Shown here piece after piece: positions 1 through 7,765 of a stretch of DNA of 27,047 nt; the first letter of the stretch is position 1, and each line of letters begins with the position of its first letter. The DNA comes from Campylobacterales bacterium. Lineage in GTDB: Bacteria > Campylobacterota > Campylobacteria > Campylobacterales > QNZT01. The position numbers and the translations under genes were made by a program. The stretch is taken from assembly GCA_015662615.1 (NCBI GenBank), contig DQTU01000039.1, positions 1 to 27,047 of the forward strand, written 5' to 3'. Below the pieces are notes generated by a model. That model saw only the letters and a program-made list of their open reading frames with translations. It was not told the DNA's origin and did not search any database.

Positions 1-354
1 ATTGGAGCAAATAGTTGTGTTGATCGTGCAGTATTTTCACAAACGCTTATCAAAGAAGGTACAAAGATAGATAATCTTGTTCAAATTGGACACAATGTAG
101 AGGTTGGAGCCAGATGTATTTTGGTTTCACAAAGTGGTCTTTCAGGCTCTACAAAACTTGGACAAAATGTTGTCATGGGTGGACAAAGTGCCACAGCGGG
201 ACATTTAGAAATTGGAGATTTTGCAACTATCGCTGCACGAGGCGGCGTTACAAAATCTATCAAAGGCGGAGAGGTTTATAGTGGGTTTCCACTACTTAAA
301 CATAAAGATTGGCTAAAATTACAAGCCAAAATATCAAAATTTTTTAATAAATAA
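1..354 (+). CDS. lpxD: UDP-3-O-(3-hydroxyacyl)glucosamine N-acyltransferase, 3' part (5'-truncated by window)
   Basis: Frame 1 is open from base 1: IGANSCVDRAVFSQTLIKEGTKIDNLVQIGHNVEVG...GGQSATAGHLEIGD. Hexapeptide repeats and the KIDNLVQIGHN motif typical of LpxD; TAA at 352-354. Confidence 0.96.
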   Translation: MGANSCVDRAVFSQTLIKEGTKIDNLVQIGHNVEVGARCILVSQSGLSGSTKLGQNVVMGGQSATAGHLEIGDFATIAARGGVTKSIKGGEVYSGFPLLKHKDWLKLQAKISKFFNK

Positions 355-376
355 AATCATATAAAGGAAAATAGAC

Positions 377-607
377 ATGAGTGGAAAAAACGTACTTTTA
401 AAATCATTTACATTAGCAGGAACCAAAGAGGGTACAATTTCTGTATCAAGTATCGAAGAGCCATACGGTAAAGGGTCACATTCAGTTGTAAGTATCGGGA
501 TTTCTTTAAAAGGAAATATTGATGAACCAGATTGGAAAGCACATATTCCTTATGAAAATTTGGATGATTTGATAGACGCTTTGATGGAAGCTAGAGGCAC
601 AAAGTAA
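377..607 (+). CDS. Small hypothetical protein (76 aa)
   Basis: SD AAGGA ~9 nt upstream of ATG; clean ORF directly after lpxD; no family recognised with certainty. Confidence 0.8.
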   Translation: MSGKNVLLKSFTLAGTKEGTISVSSIEEPYGKGSHSVVSIGISLKGNIDEPDWKAHIPYENLDDLIDALMEARGTK

Positions 608-661
608 AGGTTAAGGATTTTTTTAGTAATATCCGCAACTAATTTTAATTAAGGAACACGT

Positions 662-796
662 ATGAAAAGAACATTTCAACCGCATAACACACCGAAAAAA
701 AGAACGCATGGCTTTAGAGCTAGAATGAAGACTAAAAACGGTCAAAGAGTGATCAACAGAAGAAGAGCTAAGGGTAGAAAAAGATTAGCAGTTTAA
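662..796 (+). CDS. rpmH: 50S ribosomal protein L34 (44 aa; absent from ORF track)
   Basis: ATG 662 with SD AAGGA: [44 protein letters not shown], the classic L34 sequence; heads the rnpA-yidD-yidC operon. Confidence 0.98.
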   Translation: MKRTFQPHNTPKKRTHGFRARMKTKNGQRVINRRRAKGRKRLAV

Positions 797-1140
797 AAGA
801 GTACAAAACTCTTAAAAGCTCAAAACAGTTTAACTACTTTTATAACAATAGCAAACGCATACATACAAGTTCTGCTATTGTTTTCTACAAAAAGATGAAT
901 CAAAAGCAGATAGGTTTTACCGCTAGCAAAAAAATTGGCAATGCAGTGAATCGTAATTTTGCAAAAAGACGCTTACGGGCATTTTTCACTGAATTTTCAA
1001 AGAATTTAACAGAGGGAACTTATGTTTTTGTTGCTAAAAAAGAGATTCTTGACATTGAGTTTTCAAAGCTTCAAAATGATTTAAGTCATGCACTTAAAAG
1101 GGTAGGGGCACTACATAATGGTCAGAAAAGCAGCTCTTAA
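784..1140 (+). CDS. rnpA: Ribonuclease P protein component; true start probably non-canonical ATT at 784 (or TTA at 793), not ATG 895
   Basis: Frame open from 778 (TAG at 775-777): [20 protein letters not shown]...[22 protein letters not shown] (RNR motif). No ATG/GTG/TTG in frame before 895. ATT 784 gives 118 aa, normal for RnpA. Confidence 0.92.
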   Translation: MSSLKEYKTLKSSKQFNYFYNNSKRIHTSSAIVFYKKMNQKQIGFTASKKIGNAVNRNFAKRRLRAFFTEFSKNLTEGTYVFVAKKEILDIEFSKLQNDLSHALKRVGALHNGQKSSS

Positions 1141-1480
1141 ATTTTTAGGAATTTATCAGAAATTTTTTACACTTCTTGGATTTGGAAGTTGTCGATTTTA
1201 TCCTACATGTTCAGAATATGCAAAGTGGCAATTTCAAAAAAACAATATTTTTAAAGCTTTTTGGTTTTCTACACTTAGAATATTAAGGTGTAATCAACTC
1301 TTTATAGGCGGAATTGACTATCCAATTGTAAAAAAGAACTTAAATTGTAATAAAGTTTGTACTTATAACGATAATAAAAACAGTTTTATTGTAGAATTTT
1401 GGCTCGTTCCAAAAGAGGGCGATAAATACTATCTAGTGAAAACATTTGACATATCGTCAAATCCTAGAAAGAAGATATAA
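1118..1480 (+). CDS. yidD: Membrane protein insertion efficiency factor YidD
   Basis: IYQKFFT...SCRFYPTCSEYA...LRILRCN...GGIDYP motifs; position between rnpA and yidC. Confidence 0.95.
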   Translation: MVRKAALKFLGIYQKFFTLLGFGSCRFYPTCSEYAKWQFQKNNIFKAFWFSTLRILRCNQLFIGGIDYPIVKKNLNCNKVCTYNDNKNSFIVEFWLVPKEGDKYYLVKTFDISSNPRKKI

Positions 1481-1491
1481 AGGACTATATA

Positions 1492-3090
1492 TTGATTGAC
1501 AACATGAGCCAACAACAGAGGATGATATTAGCGTTAGTGCTAAGTTTCATATTTTTTATCGGATACGATTTTTTAATGCCAAAACCACAAAAGGTTTCAG
1601 TTGAACAAAATCACACTTCGAGTATTTCAACAACTGCACAAAGTACAGCTGCACCAATTGCTAATACAAGCACAGCTGCTCCACAACAACAAAGCCATAC
1701 ACCGCAAGTTGCACCACCTGTAGTTGGTAAACAATCTACAACTATTGCAACCGTTAGTGGAAAAGATTTTAAACTCACTATTGATGAGTTAGGAAGAATT
1801 TCTAGATATGATGTCTTAATTGAGCGTTTTAAAGAAGAGGGCAGTTACCCAAACTTGATTTCAGACCAATCTGACCTCAAACCACTTGAAATTCGTTTTA
1901 AAGATCCTAAATTAAATAGTGAAGCATTTTCAAAAGCTTATAGTACTGATGCAAGTGATGTAAGACTTGATGGCAGTTCTAAAACAGTTACTTTGACGCA
2001 AAAGCTCTCAACTACTGAGGTTACAAAAAAGATTACCTTCAATCCAGATGGAACTTATAATATAACAGTATCACTTTCTGCTCCATATGACTATTTTATA
2101 AGCCCAGGTACTCGTCCTGATGTTGCTGCTGATATGTATACCTTTAAAGGGACATTTGTTCAAAAAGCAGATGGAACTACTGATACTATAGAAGATGGTG
2201 ATGGCGAAGGCAATGAAGTATTCATGGGGGCAAGTATCCTAGCTTCAAGTGATAAATATTATACAACCGCACTTTATAGTTTTGAAGATAGATTTAATAT
2301 CTTTATGTCAAAAGATGCTGAAGATAATCCATTAGGTTTTATAAAAGGTACGAAAAACCTTACGGTAAATGGTTATATTGGACCCAAAGAGTATGATAAA
2401 TTAAATGCAATTGATCCGCAAATGACAAATATCATTGAGTATGGATTTTTCACATTTTTAGCAAAACCAGTATTTCTCTTTTTAAAGTATATCCACTCAA
2501 TTTTAGGAAACTGGGGTTGGTCAATTGTTGCCATTACCCTTATCATAAGATTAATCCTCTACCCTTTGACATACAAAGGTATGGTTTCTATGAATCGACT
2601 CAAAGAGCTTTCACCAAAAATCAAAGAGATTCAGAAGCAGTACAAGGGTGAACCACAAAAGATGAACGCTAAAATGATGGCGTTATACAAAAAGCATAAC
2701 GCCAATCCTATGGGTGGTTGTCTGCCGATGATCATGCAAATTCCTGTATTTTTCGCAATTTATCGTGTACTTTTAAACTCAATAGAGTTAAAACATGCAG
2801 AGTGGATTGGTTGGTATCATGATCTTTCAGTCATGGATCCTTATTATGTATTACCAGTTTTGATGGGTGCTTCTATGTTTTGGCAACAACGCATTACACC
2901 AACAAACTTTACTGACCCTATGCAGGAGAAAATTATGAAGTTTTTACCACTGATTTTTACATTTTTCTTCGTAACATTCCCAGCAGGTCTTACACTATAC
3001 TGGTTTACAAATAACCTTTTCTCAGTTGCACAGCAATACTATGTAAACTCAATTTTTGCAAAAGAGAAGGCGAGAAAGGAAGCCGCATGA
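1492..3090 (+). CDS. yidC: Membrane protein insertase YidC
   Basis: N-terminal TM, periplasmic domain, then GNWGWSIV..T..IRLILYP, NPMGGCLPMIMQIPVFFAIY, PAGLTLYWFTNNLFS. TTG start 7 nt after AGGA; alternative ATG at 1504. Confidence 0.98.
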   Translation: MIDNMSQQQRMILALVLSFIFFIGYDFLMPKPQKVSVEQNHTSSISTTAQSTAAPIANTSTAAPQQQSHTPQVAPPVVGKQSTTIATVSGKDFKLTIDELGRISRYDVLIERFKEEGSYPNLISDQSDLKPLEIRFKDPKLNSEAFSKAYSTDASDVRLDGSSKTVTLTQKLSTTEVTKKITFNPDGTYNITVSLSAPYDYFISPGTRPDVAADMYTFKGTFVQKADGTTDTIEDGDGEGNEVFMGASILASSDKYYTTALYSFEDRFNIFMSKDAEDNPLGFIKGTKNLTVNGYIGPKEYDKLNAIDPQMTNIIEYGFFTFLAKPVFLFLKYIHSILGNWGWSIVAITLIIRLILYPLTYKGMVSMNRLKELSPKIKEIQKQYKGEPQKMNAKMMALYKKHNANPMGGCLPMIMQIPVFFAIYRVLLNSIELKHAEWIGWYHDLSVMDPYYVLPVLMGASMFWQQRITPTNFTDPMQEKIMKFLPLIFTFFFVTFPAGLTLYWFTNNLFSVAQQYYVNSIFAKEKARKEAA

Positions 3091-3815
3091 TAGAGATAAC
3101 GGCAAAGACACTAGAAGAGGCATATACTAAAGCTTCTTCTGAACTTAATACTTCTATTGTTGATCTAGATATTGAAGTTGTTCAAAATGCGAGTAGTGGT
3201 TTTTTGGGTATGTTTTCAAAGCCTGTTATTATAAATGCAAGTATCAAAGGGGCACCAAAGAATAAACCACAACCTCTAAAAAATGTTAGTAAAACTGTTA
3301 AAAGTAAAGAACATCCAAAAAAAGAAGAAGAGCCCCGAGACTCAAAAGAGACTAATAAAATAAAATATGAGATAAAAGAGGGCGTAAACAGACTACTTGA
3401 TGCAAGTTGCTTCAATGTTGATTTAGTGGAGCTTAGGGTTGATAATGAAGAGGTTTATATCAAACTTGACGGCGAAGATGTAGCTCTTATGATAGGAAAA
3501 GAGGGATATCGATATAAAGCACTCTCTTACATACTTCATAATTGGATCAAAATTAAATATAACCTCAATATTTCACTTGAAATTGCTGAATTTCTTAAAA
3601 ACCAAGAAGAGATGATCCATAAATATCTCATAGGAATTAAAGAAAAAATTGATAACAATGGAAAGGCTCAAACTAAACCATTAGATGGAATTTTAGTAAA
3701 AATTGCTCTTGGTGAACTTCGATCTGTTTATCCTGAAAAATATGTTGCGATAAGAACGTTAAGAGATGGCAGAAAAATCGTAATGGTCAATGAGTTTAAA
3801 AGGAAAGAGAAATAA
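3087..3815 (+). CDS. jag: Jag/EloR (KhpB)-family RNA-binding protein
   Basis: N-terminal AKTLEEAYTKA..EL....DLDIEVVQ..S.GFLG Jag_N motif; KH-like LMIGKEGYRYKALSY; ATGA overlap with yidC. Confidence 0.9.
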   Translation: MIEITAKTLEEAYTKASSELNTSIVDLDIEVVQNASSGFLGMFSKPVIINASIKGAPKNKPQPLKNVSKTVKSKEHPKKEEEPRDSKETNKIKYEIKEGVNRLLDASCFNVDLVELRVDNEEVYIKLDGEDVALMIGKEGYRYKALSYILHNWIKIKYNLNISLEIAEFLKNQEEMIHKYLIGIKEKIDNNGKAQTKPLDGILVKIALGELRSVYPEKYVAIRTLRDGRKIVMVNEFKRKEK

Positions 3816-5155
3816 ACAGTACAATTTGTGCAATTAGTACAGCCCATGGAGTAGGGGGGATATCTATCGTTAGACTTAGCGGTCCACTCTCTCTTAAAAT
3901 CGCCCAAAAACTTACAAAAAAAACCTCTTTCAAACCTCGATATGCCACACTTTCAAATCTCTATACTGACGGTGATGAAATCATTGATGAATCAATTATC
4001 ATCTATTTTAAAGCACCTCATAGTTTTACATGTGAAGATGTGATAGAGTTTCAATGTCATGGCGGCATGATAAGTTCAAGTCAAATTATAGATGCATGTT
4101 TGAAAGAGGGTGCTTTTCTAGCAACTGCTGGAGAATTTACAAAAAGAGCAGTCCTAAACGGTAGAATTGACTTAACACGAGCAGAAGCTGCTGCAAAATT
4201 AATTGAGAGTAAAAGTATTGATGCAGCTAAAATACTCTCACGACAATTAACGGGAGAGTTACAAGAGTTTGTTAATACACTTCGTGATGAACTTATTGAA
4301 ATCCTTGCATTTGTAGAGGTAAATATTGATTATGCTGAAGAAGATTTACCAACTGACTTGCAAGAACAGATAAAACAGAGATTGATAAAAATTCAAGATT
4401 TATTACAAAATACCTATGAGGGTTCAAAAAGTAGAGAAGGGCTCATTGATGGCTTTAAAGTTGCCATAATTGGCAAACCAAATGTAGGAAAAAGCTCTCT
4501 ATTAAACGCCCTTTTACGATATGATCGTGCCATTATCAGTGAAATTGCAGGTACCACTCGTGATACTATTGAAGAGAGCTTGAAAATTGGTACGCATCTT
4601 GTTAAGTTTGTAGATACCGCAGGAATCAGAGAAGCTGGTGATAGCATTGAAAAAATAGGCATAGAGCGTTCAATTAGTGCAATAGAGAGTTCTGACATCG
4701 TTATAGGGCTGTTTGATGGAAGTCAAGCGAAAGATAGTGATGATAACAATATTATTGAACTGTTAAGTACCTTTAAAGATTCAAAAGAGATAATTGCTGC
4801 AGTGAATAAAAATGACTTGGAATCAAAGTTTGAGATACAATCGCTAGAAACATTTGAACCTGTCAGTTTCTCATGCAAAAATGATATAAAAGCCATTATG
4901 AATAAACTTGAAATATTTCTAGACCAAAAAAGTTCTGCTGATGATTTGATTCTTATCAGCAAGAGACAAATTGATGCCGTTGAACAAGCTTTAAATCATA
5001 TCGATGATTCATTTACCTTTTTAGAGGATGGTGAACTAGAGCTTTTTGCCTACAACATGAATGAAGCGATTCATTATGTAGCCTCTATAACCACACTTTT
5101 TGAGAGAGATGAGATATTAGATAAAATGTTTGGTAGTTTCTGCTTGGGGAAATAA
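3812..5155 (+). CDS. mnmE: tRNA uridine-5-carboxymethylaminomethyl(34) synthesis GTPase MnmE (447 aa from ATA start)
   Basis: Frame open from 3800 (TAA at 3797-3799): INSTICAISTAHGVGGISIVRLSG...PHSFTCEDVIEFQCHGG; G-domain GKPNVGKSS, GTTRD, DTAG, NKND; C-terminal FGSFCLGK. ATA at 3812 lies 7 nt after AGGA. Confidence 0.97.
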   Translation: MNSTICAISTAHGVGGISIVRLSGPLSLKIAQKLTKKTSFKPRYATLSNLYTDGDEIIDESIIIYFKAPHSFTCEDVIEFQCHGGMISSSQIIDACLKEGAFLATAGEFTKRAVLNGRIDLTRAEAAAKLIESKSIDAAKILSRQLTGELQEFVNTLRDELIEILAFVEVNIDYAEEDLPTDLQEQIKQRLIKIQDLLQNTYEGSKSREGLIDGFKVAIIGKPNVGKSSLLNALLRYDRAIISEIAGTTRDTIEESLKIGTHLVKFVDTAGIREAGDSIEKIGIERSISAIESSDIVIGLFDGSQAKDSDDNNIIELLSTFKDSKEIIAAVNKNDLESKFEIQSLETFEPVSFSCKNDIKAIMNKLEIFLDQKSSADDLILISKRQIDAVEQALNHIDDSFTFLEDGELELFAYNMNEAIHYVASITTLFERDEILDKMFGSFCLGK

Positions 5156-5207
5156 ACTACCAAATCTCTATCTTGGTTAACATAATATATATTCTCTTGA
5201 AAACATG

Positions 5208-6398
5208 TCACTCTTCCAATAGCTTGTTTTGCTCCTTTTTATGATAAACACCGTCAAGTTCTTTTAGCTCTTTTGACCTGTTTAGAAGATTTCCTTTTCC
5301 AGTACTTAGTTTTTTAAAGGCATCTTCGTAACTACTTTGTGCTTTTGAAAGTGATTTCTCGATCAAAAGCATCTCATCTACAAAGGAGACAAACTTATCA
5401 TGCATATCTCCTGCTTTTTTTGCAATCATCTGTGCATTTTTGTTTTGATACTCATAACGCCAACTGTTTTGTATGGTTCTTAGGACTGCTAAAAGTGTTG
5501 AGGGAGAGACTAAAATGATATTTTGTCTATATGCTCGCTCATAAAGTGTGCGATCTTTTTCTACCGCCAATAAAAAAGCAGATTCGATAGGGATAAACAT
5601 CAATACAAAATCAAGAGTATTGATATTGGGTATATCTTGATAGCGTTTAGAGCTAAGTTGTTTTATATGATTATTGATTGAATAAAGATGACTTAATAGA
5701 TTCTCTTCTCTATCTTCTGGATCTTTACTGACATGAAACCTCTCGTAGGAGACTAGTGAAAGCTTAGAATCGATAATAATATCTTTTTTATCAGGAAGAT
5801 GGATAATAACATCTGGTCTAAGTTTTTCCCCCTCAACACCATTAAACTCTTTTTGGATCTCATACTCTCTACCTTTTTTTAAGCCTGAACTCTCTAAAAC
5901 CCGCTCTAAGATATACTCACCCCAATCTCCTTGTACTTTATTGTCCCCTCTCAATGCATTGGTTAAATTAGTGGCATCATCTGAAATTTTTTGATTTAAG
6001 AGTTGAAGTTTTTCTATTTCTTTTATTAATGAAAATCGCTCTTTACTCTCATCATGATAATAGGTTTCTATTTTCTGATTGAAAGCATTGATATTCTCTT
6101 TAAAAGGTTGTAAAATTTGGGCTAAGCTTGTTTGGTTCTCGTAGAGCATTTTTTTACTATTTTTTTCCAGTATTGCGTGGGCTATATTTTCAAATTGTTC
6201 TTTAAGTTGTACATTTGTAGTTTGAATACTGCTTATCTTCTCTTGTGCTACAGCATGTTTAATTGCCATCGCTTGATACGCCTCTATAACTGCCCTGCTC
6301 TCTTTCTCTTTTTGGATATAATACCTCCAAAAAAGTACAAAACCTATGAGTAAAGCCGTTAAAAACCCTATAAAATAGTTTAAATAAAAATCATCCAT
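5208..6398 (-). CDS. rmuC: DNA recombination protein RmuC
   Basis: N-terminal TM and coiled coil; LRGDNKVQGDWGEYILERVLESSGL, LRPDVIIHLPD.K.IIIDSKLSL, DFVLMFIPIE, ILVSPSTL motifs. Confidence 0.95.
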   Translation of the reverse strand: MDDFYLNYFIGFLTALLIGFVLFWRYYIQKEKESRAVIEAYQAMAIKHAVAQEKISSIQTTNVQLKEQFENIAHAILEKNSKKMLYENQTSLAQILQPFKENINAFNQKIETYYHDESKERFSLIKEIEKLQLLNQKISDDATNLTNALRGDNKVQGDWGEYILERVLESSGLKKGREYEIQKEFNGVEGEKLRPDVIIHLPDKKDIIIDSKLSLVSYERFHVSKDPEDREENLLSHLYSINNHIKQLSSKRYQDIPNINTLDFVLMFIPIESAFLLAVEKDRTLYERAYRQNIILVSPSTLLAVLRTIQNSWRYEYQNKNAQMIAKKAGDMHDKFVSFVDEMLLIEKSLSKAQSSYEDAFKKLSTGKGNLLNRSKELKELDGVYHKKEQNKLLEE

Positions 6399-6404
6399 CT
6401 AGTT

Positions 6405-6410
6405 AGTATA
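6405..6410 (-). promoter_or_regulatory. Predicted sigma70 -10 box (TATACT), 6 nt before the rmuC ATG; probable leaderless mRNA
   Basis: Minus strand reads CCTATACT-AACTAG-ATG with no SD. Confidence 0.5.
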
Positions 6411-6424
6411 GGATAATTTTCATC

Positions 6425-6454
6425 TATTTCAAAATTATATTTCATTTTGAAATA
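6425..6454. terminator. AT-rich 11-bp perfect inverted repeat just after the flgH stop (possible terminator or operator)
   Basis: TATTTCAAAAT (6425-6435) / ATTTTGAAATA (6444-6454), 8-nt loop; weak because nearly all A/T. Confidence 0.3.
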
Positions 6455-7183
6455 TTAAAATGGCCAAGCACTCTGTACCATTCTAGTTCCCCATGGGCGT
6501 CTTGTTGCCTCTTTGATATCACCTTCAGTCTCATAATGGATCTTTGCATCTGCGATATATTTTGAATTTATTGTATTGGATTGGTCGATATCATAAGGTC
6601 TTATCACGCCGCTAATGCGTATCATCTGTTTGGTTCCATTTAACAAAAGTGCCCTACTTCCATCTATAAAATAATTTCCATTATTTAACACTTTAACAAC
6701 TCGTGCACTAATGGTTGTGTTGAATTTTTCATTTCTTGATTGTGTTCCAGAACCGCTAAAATTACTATTAGAATTGGTTTTAAACCCTATATCTGTTAGT
6801 CCATTCATTGTTTTGGCAATTGAGCTAGCAATTCCACCGTTACCTCCGCCAACAAATACACCACCACCCATATTATTGATTGAAGAGTCTGTTATCTTTT
6901 TATTACCTTGTGAAGATTGAAATGTATTTTCACTAATAACTACAGTTACAATATCATGAACCCTCATCGCTTTTTTATCTGAAAAGAGTGGATTTGCCCC
7001 ACGACCATAGATACTACCTTCATATTGTGTAGTATTATACATTGATTGTTTACTGGTTTCACAACTTATCTGGTCTATATATGAAGGGCCTTTCATTGAC
7101 ATAATCGGCTCAACTTGATGGGTTGTACAACCGGTAAATATGGTTACTATTAGAGTTAATATTAAAACTATATATTTTTTCAC
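6455..7183 (-). CDS. flgH: Flagellar L-ring lipoprotein FlgH
   Basis: Lipobox FTGC; LFSDKKAMRVHDIVTVVI.E, TISARVVKVL.NGNYFIDG, RISGVIRPYDI...NTI.S..IADA, ending W...WPF; GTG start with SD AGGA. Confidence 0.96.
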   Translation of the reverse strand: MKKYIVLILTLIVTIFTGCTTHQVEPIMSMKGPSYIDQISCETSKQSMYNTTQYEGSIYGRGANPLFSDKKAMRVHDIVTVVISENTFQSSQGNKKITDSSINNMGGGVFVGGGNGGIASSIAKTMNGLTDIGFKTNSNSNFSGSGTQSRNEKFNTTISARVVKVLNNGNYFIDGSRALLLNGTKQMIRISGVIRPYDIDQSNTINSKYIADAKIHYETEGDIKEATRRPWGTRMVQSAWPF

Positions 7184-7202
7184 AAAGGTTTCCTAGATTT
7201 TT

Positions 7203-7211
7203 TGTTATAAT
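7203..7211 (+). promoter_or_regulatory. Extended -10 sigma70 promoter of yqeY
   Basis: TG-T-TATAAT at 7203-7211, 28 nt before ATG 7240. Confidence 0.7.
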
Positions 7212-7213
7212 CT

Positions 7214-7230
7214 AGCAAATTTTGTTCCAA
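7214..7230 (-). promoter_or_regulatory. sigma54 (-24/-12) promoter of flgH
   Basis: Minus strand TTGGAAC-AAAAT-TTGCT matches the epsilonproteobacterial RpoN consensus, ~30 nt upstream of the flgH start; flgH is a known RpoN-class flagellar gene in this phylum. Confidence 0.85.
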
Positions 7231-7239
7231 AGGGATTAC

Positions 7240-7686
7240 ATGAGTCAAGTTAAAGAGAGATTAAAAGAAGATCTAAAAACTGCGATGAAAGCAAAAGATG
7301 TTTTTAAAAGAGAAACCATACGATTTTTGATGAGTGCATTGAAACAGGTTGAAGTTGATGAGAGACGAGAACTTAGTGATGATGATATCTACAAGATCAT
7401 ACAAAAGTCCATAAAACAGAGAGATGATGCCGCATCTGCATATAAAGAAGCAGATAGAAAAGATCTTTATGAGAAAGAGGTCAATGAAGCAAACCTGTTG
7501 AAAAATTACCTTCCAAAACAGTTGGATGAGGCAGCGTTAAAAGAGATAATATCGCGAATTATCACTGAAAATGGGGCAAGTGGCATGAAAGATATGGGAA
7601 ATGTCATCAAATTAACTATGGTAGAAGTTGGCGCTGGGGCTGATGGCAAAAGTGTTAGTAAAATTGTTAAAGAATTATTAAACTAG
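7240..7686 (+). CDS. GatB/YqeY domain protein (148 aa; start ATG 7240 rather than TTG 7222)
   Basis: LKEDLKTAMKAKD..KRETIRFLMSALKQ.EVD, KQRDDAA..YKEA.R.DL.EKE, YLPKQL, GMKDMG.V, ADGK.VS.IVKELL; SD AGGG before ATG 7240. Confidence 0.93.
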   Translation: MSQVKERLKEDLKTAMKAKDVFKRETIRFLMSALKQVEVDERRELSDDDIYKIIQKSIKQRDDAASAYKEADRKDLYEKEVNEANLLKNYLPKQLDEAALKEIISRIITENGASGMKDMGNVIKLTMVEVGAGADGKSVSKIVKELLN

Positions 7687-7765
7687 TTGTCTAATATCCA
7701 TTTATTACCAAATACTCAATCATTTTGTTAGATAATGTAAGTGATTGAATTTAAAGGAGTTTCAA

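Noticed and set aside
608-661. Replication origin next to rpmH
   Set aside because: No dnaA/dnaN and no DnaA-box cluster seen; the rpmH-mnmE operon is known to be detached from dnaA in Campylobacter/Helicobacter.
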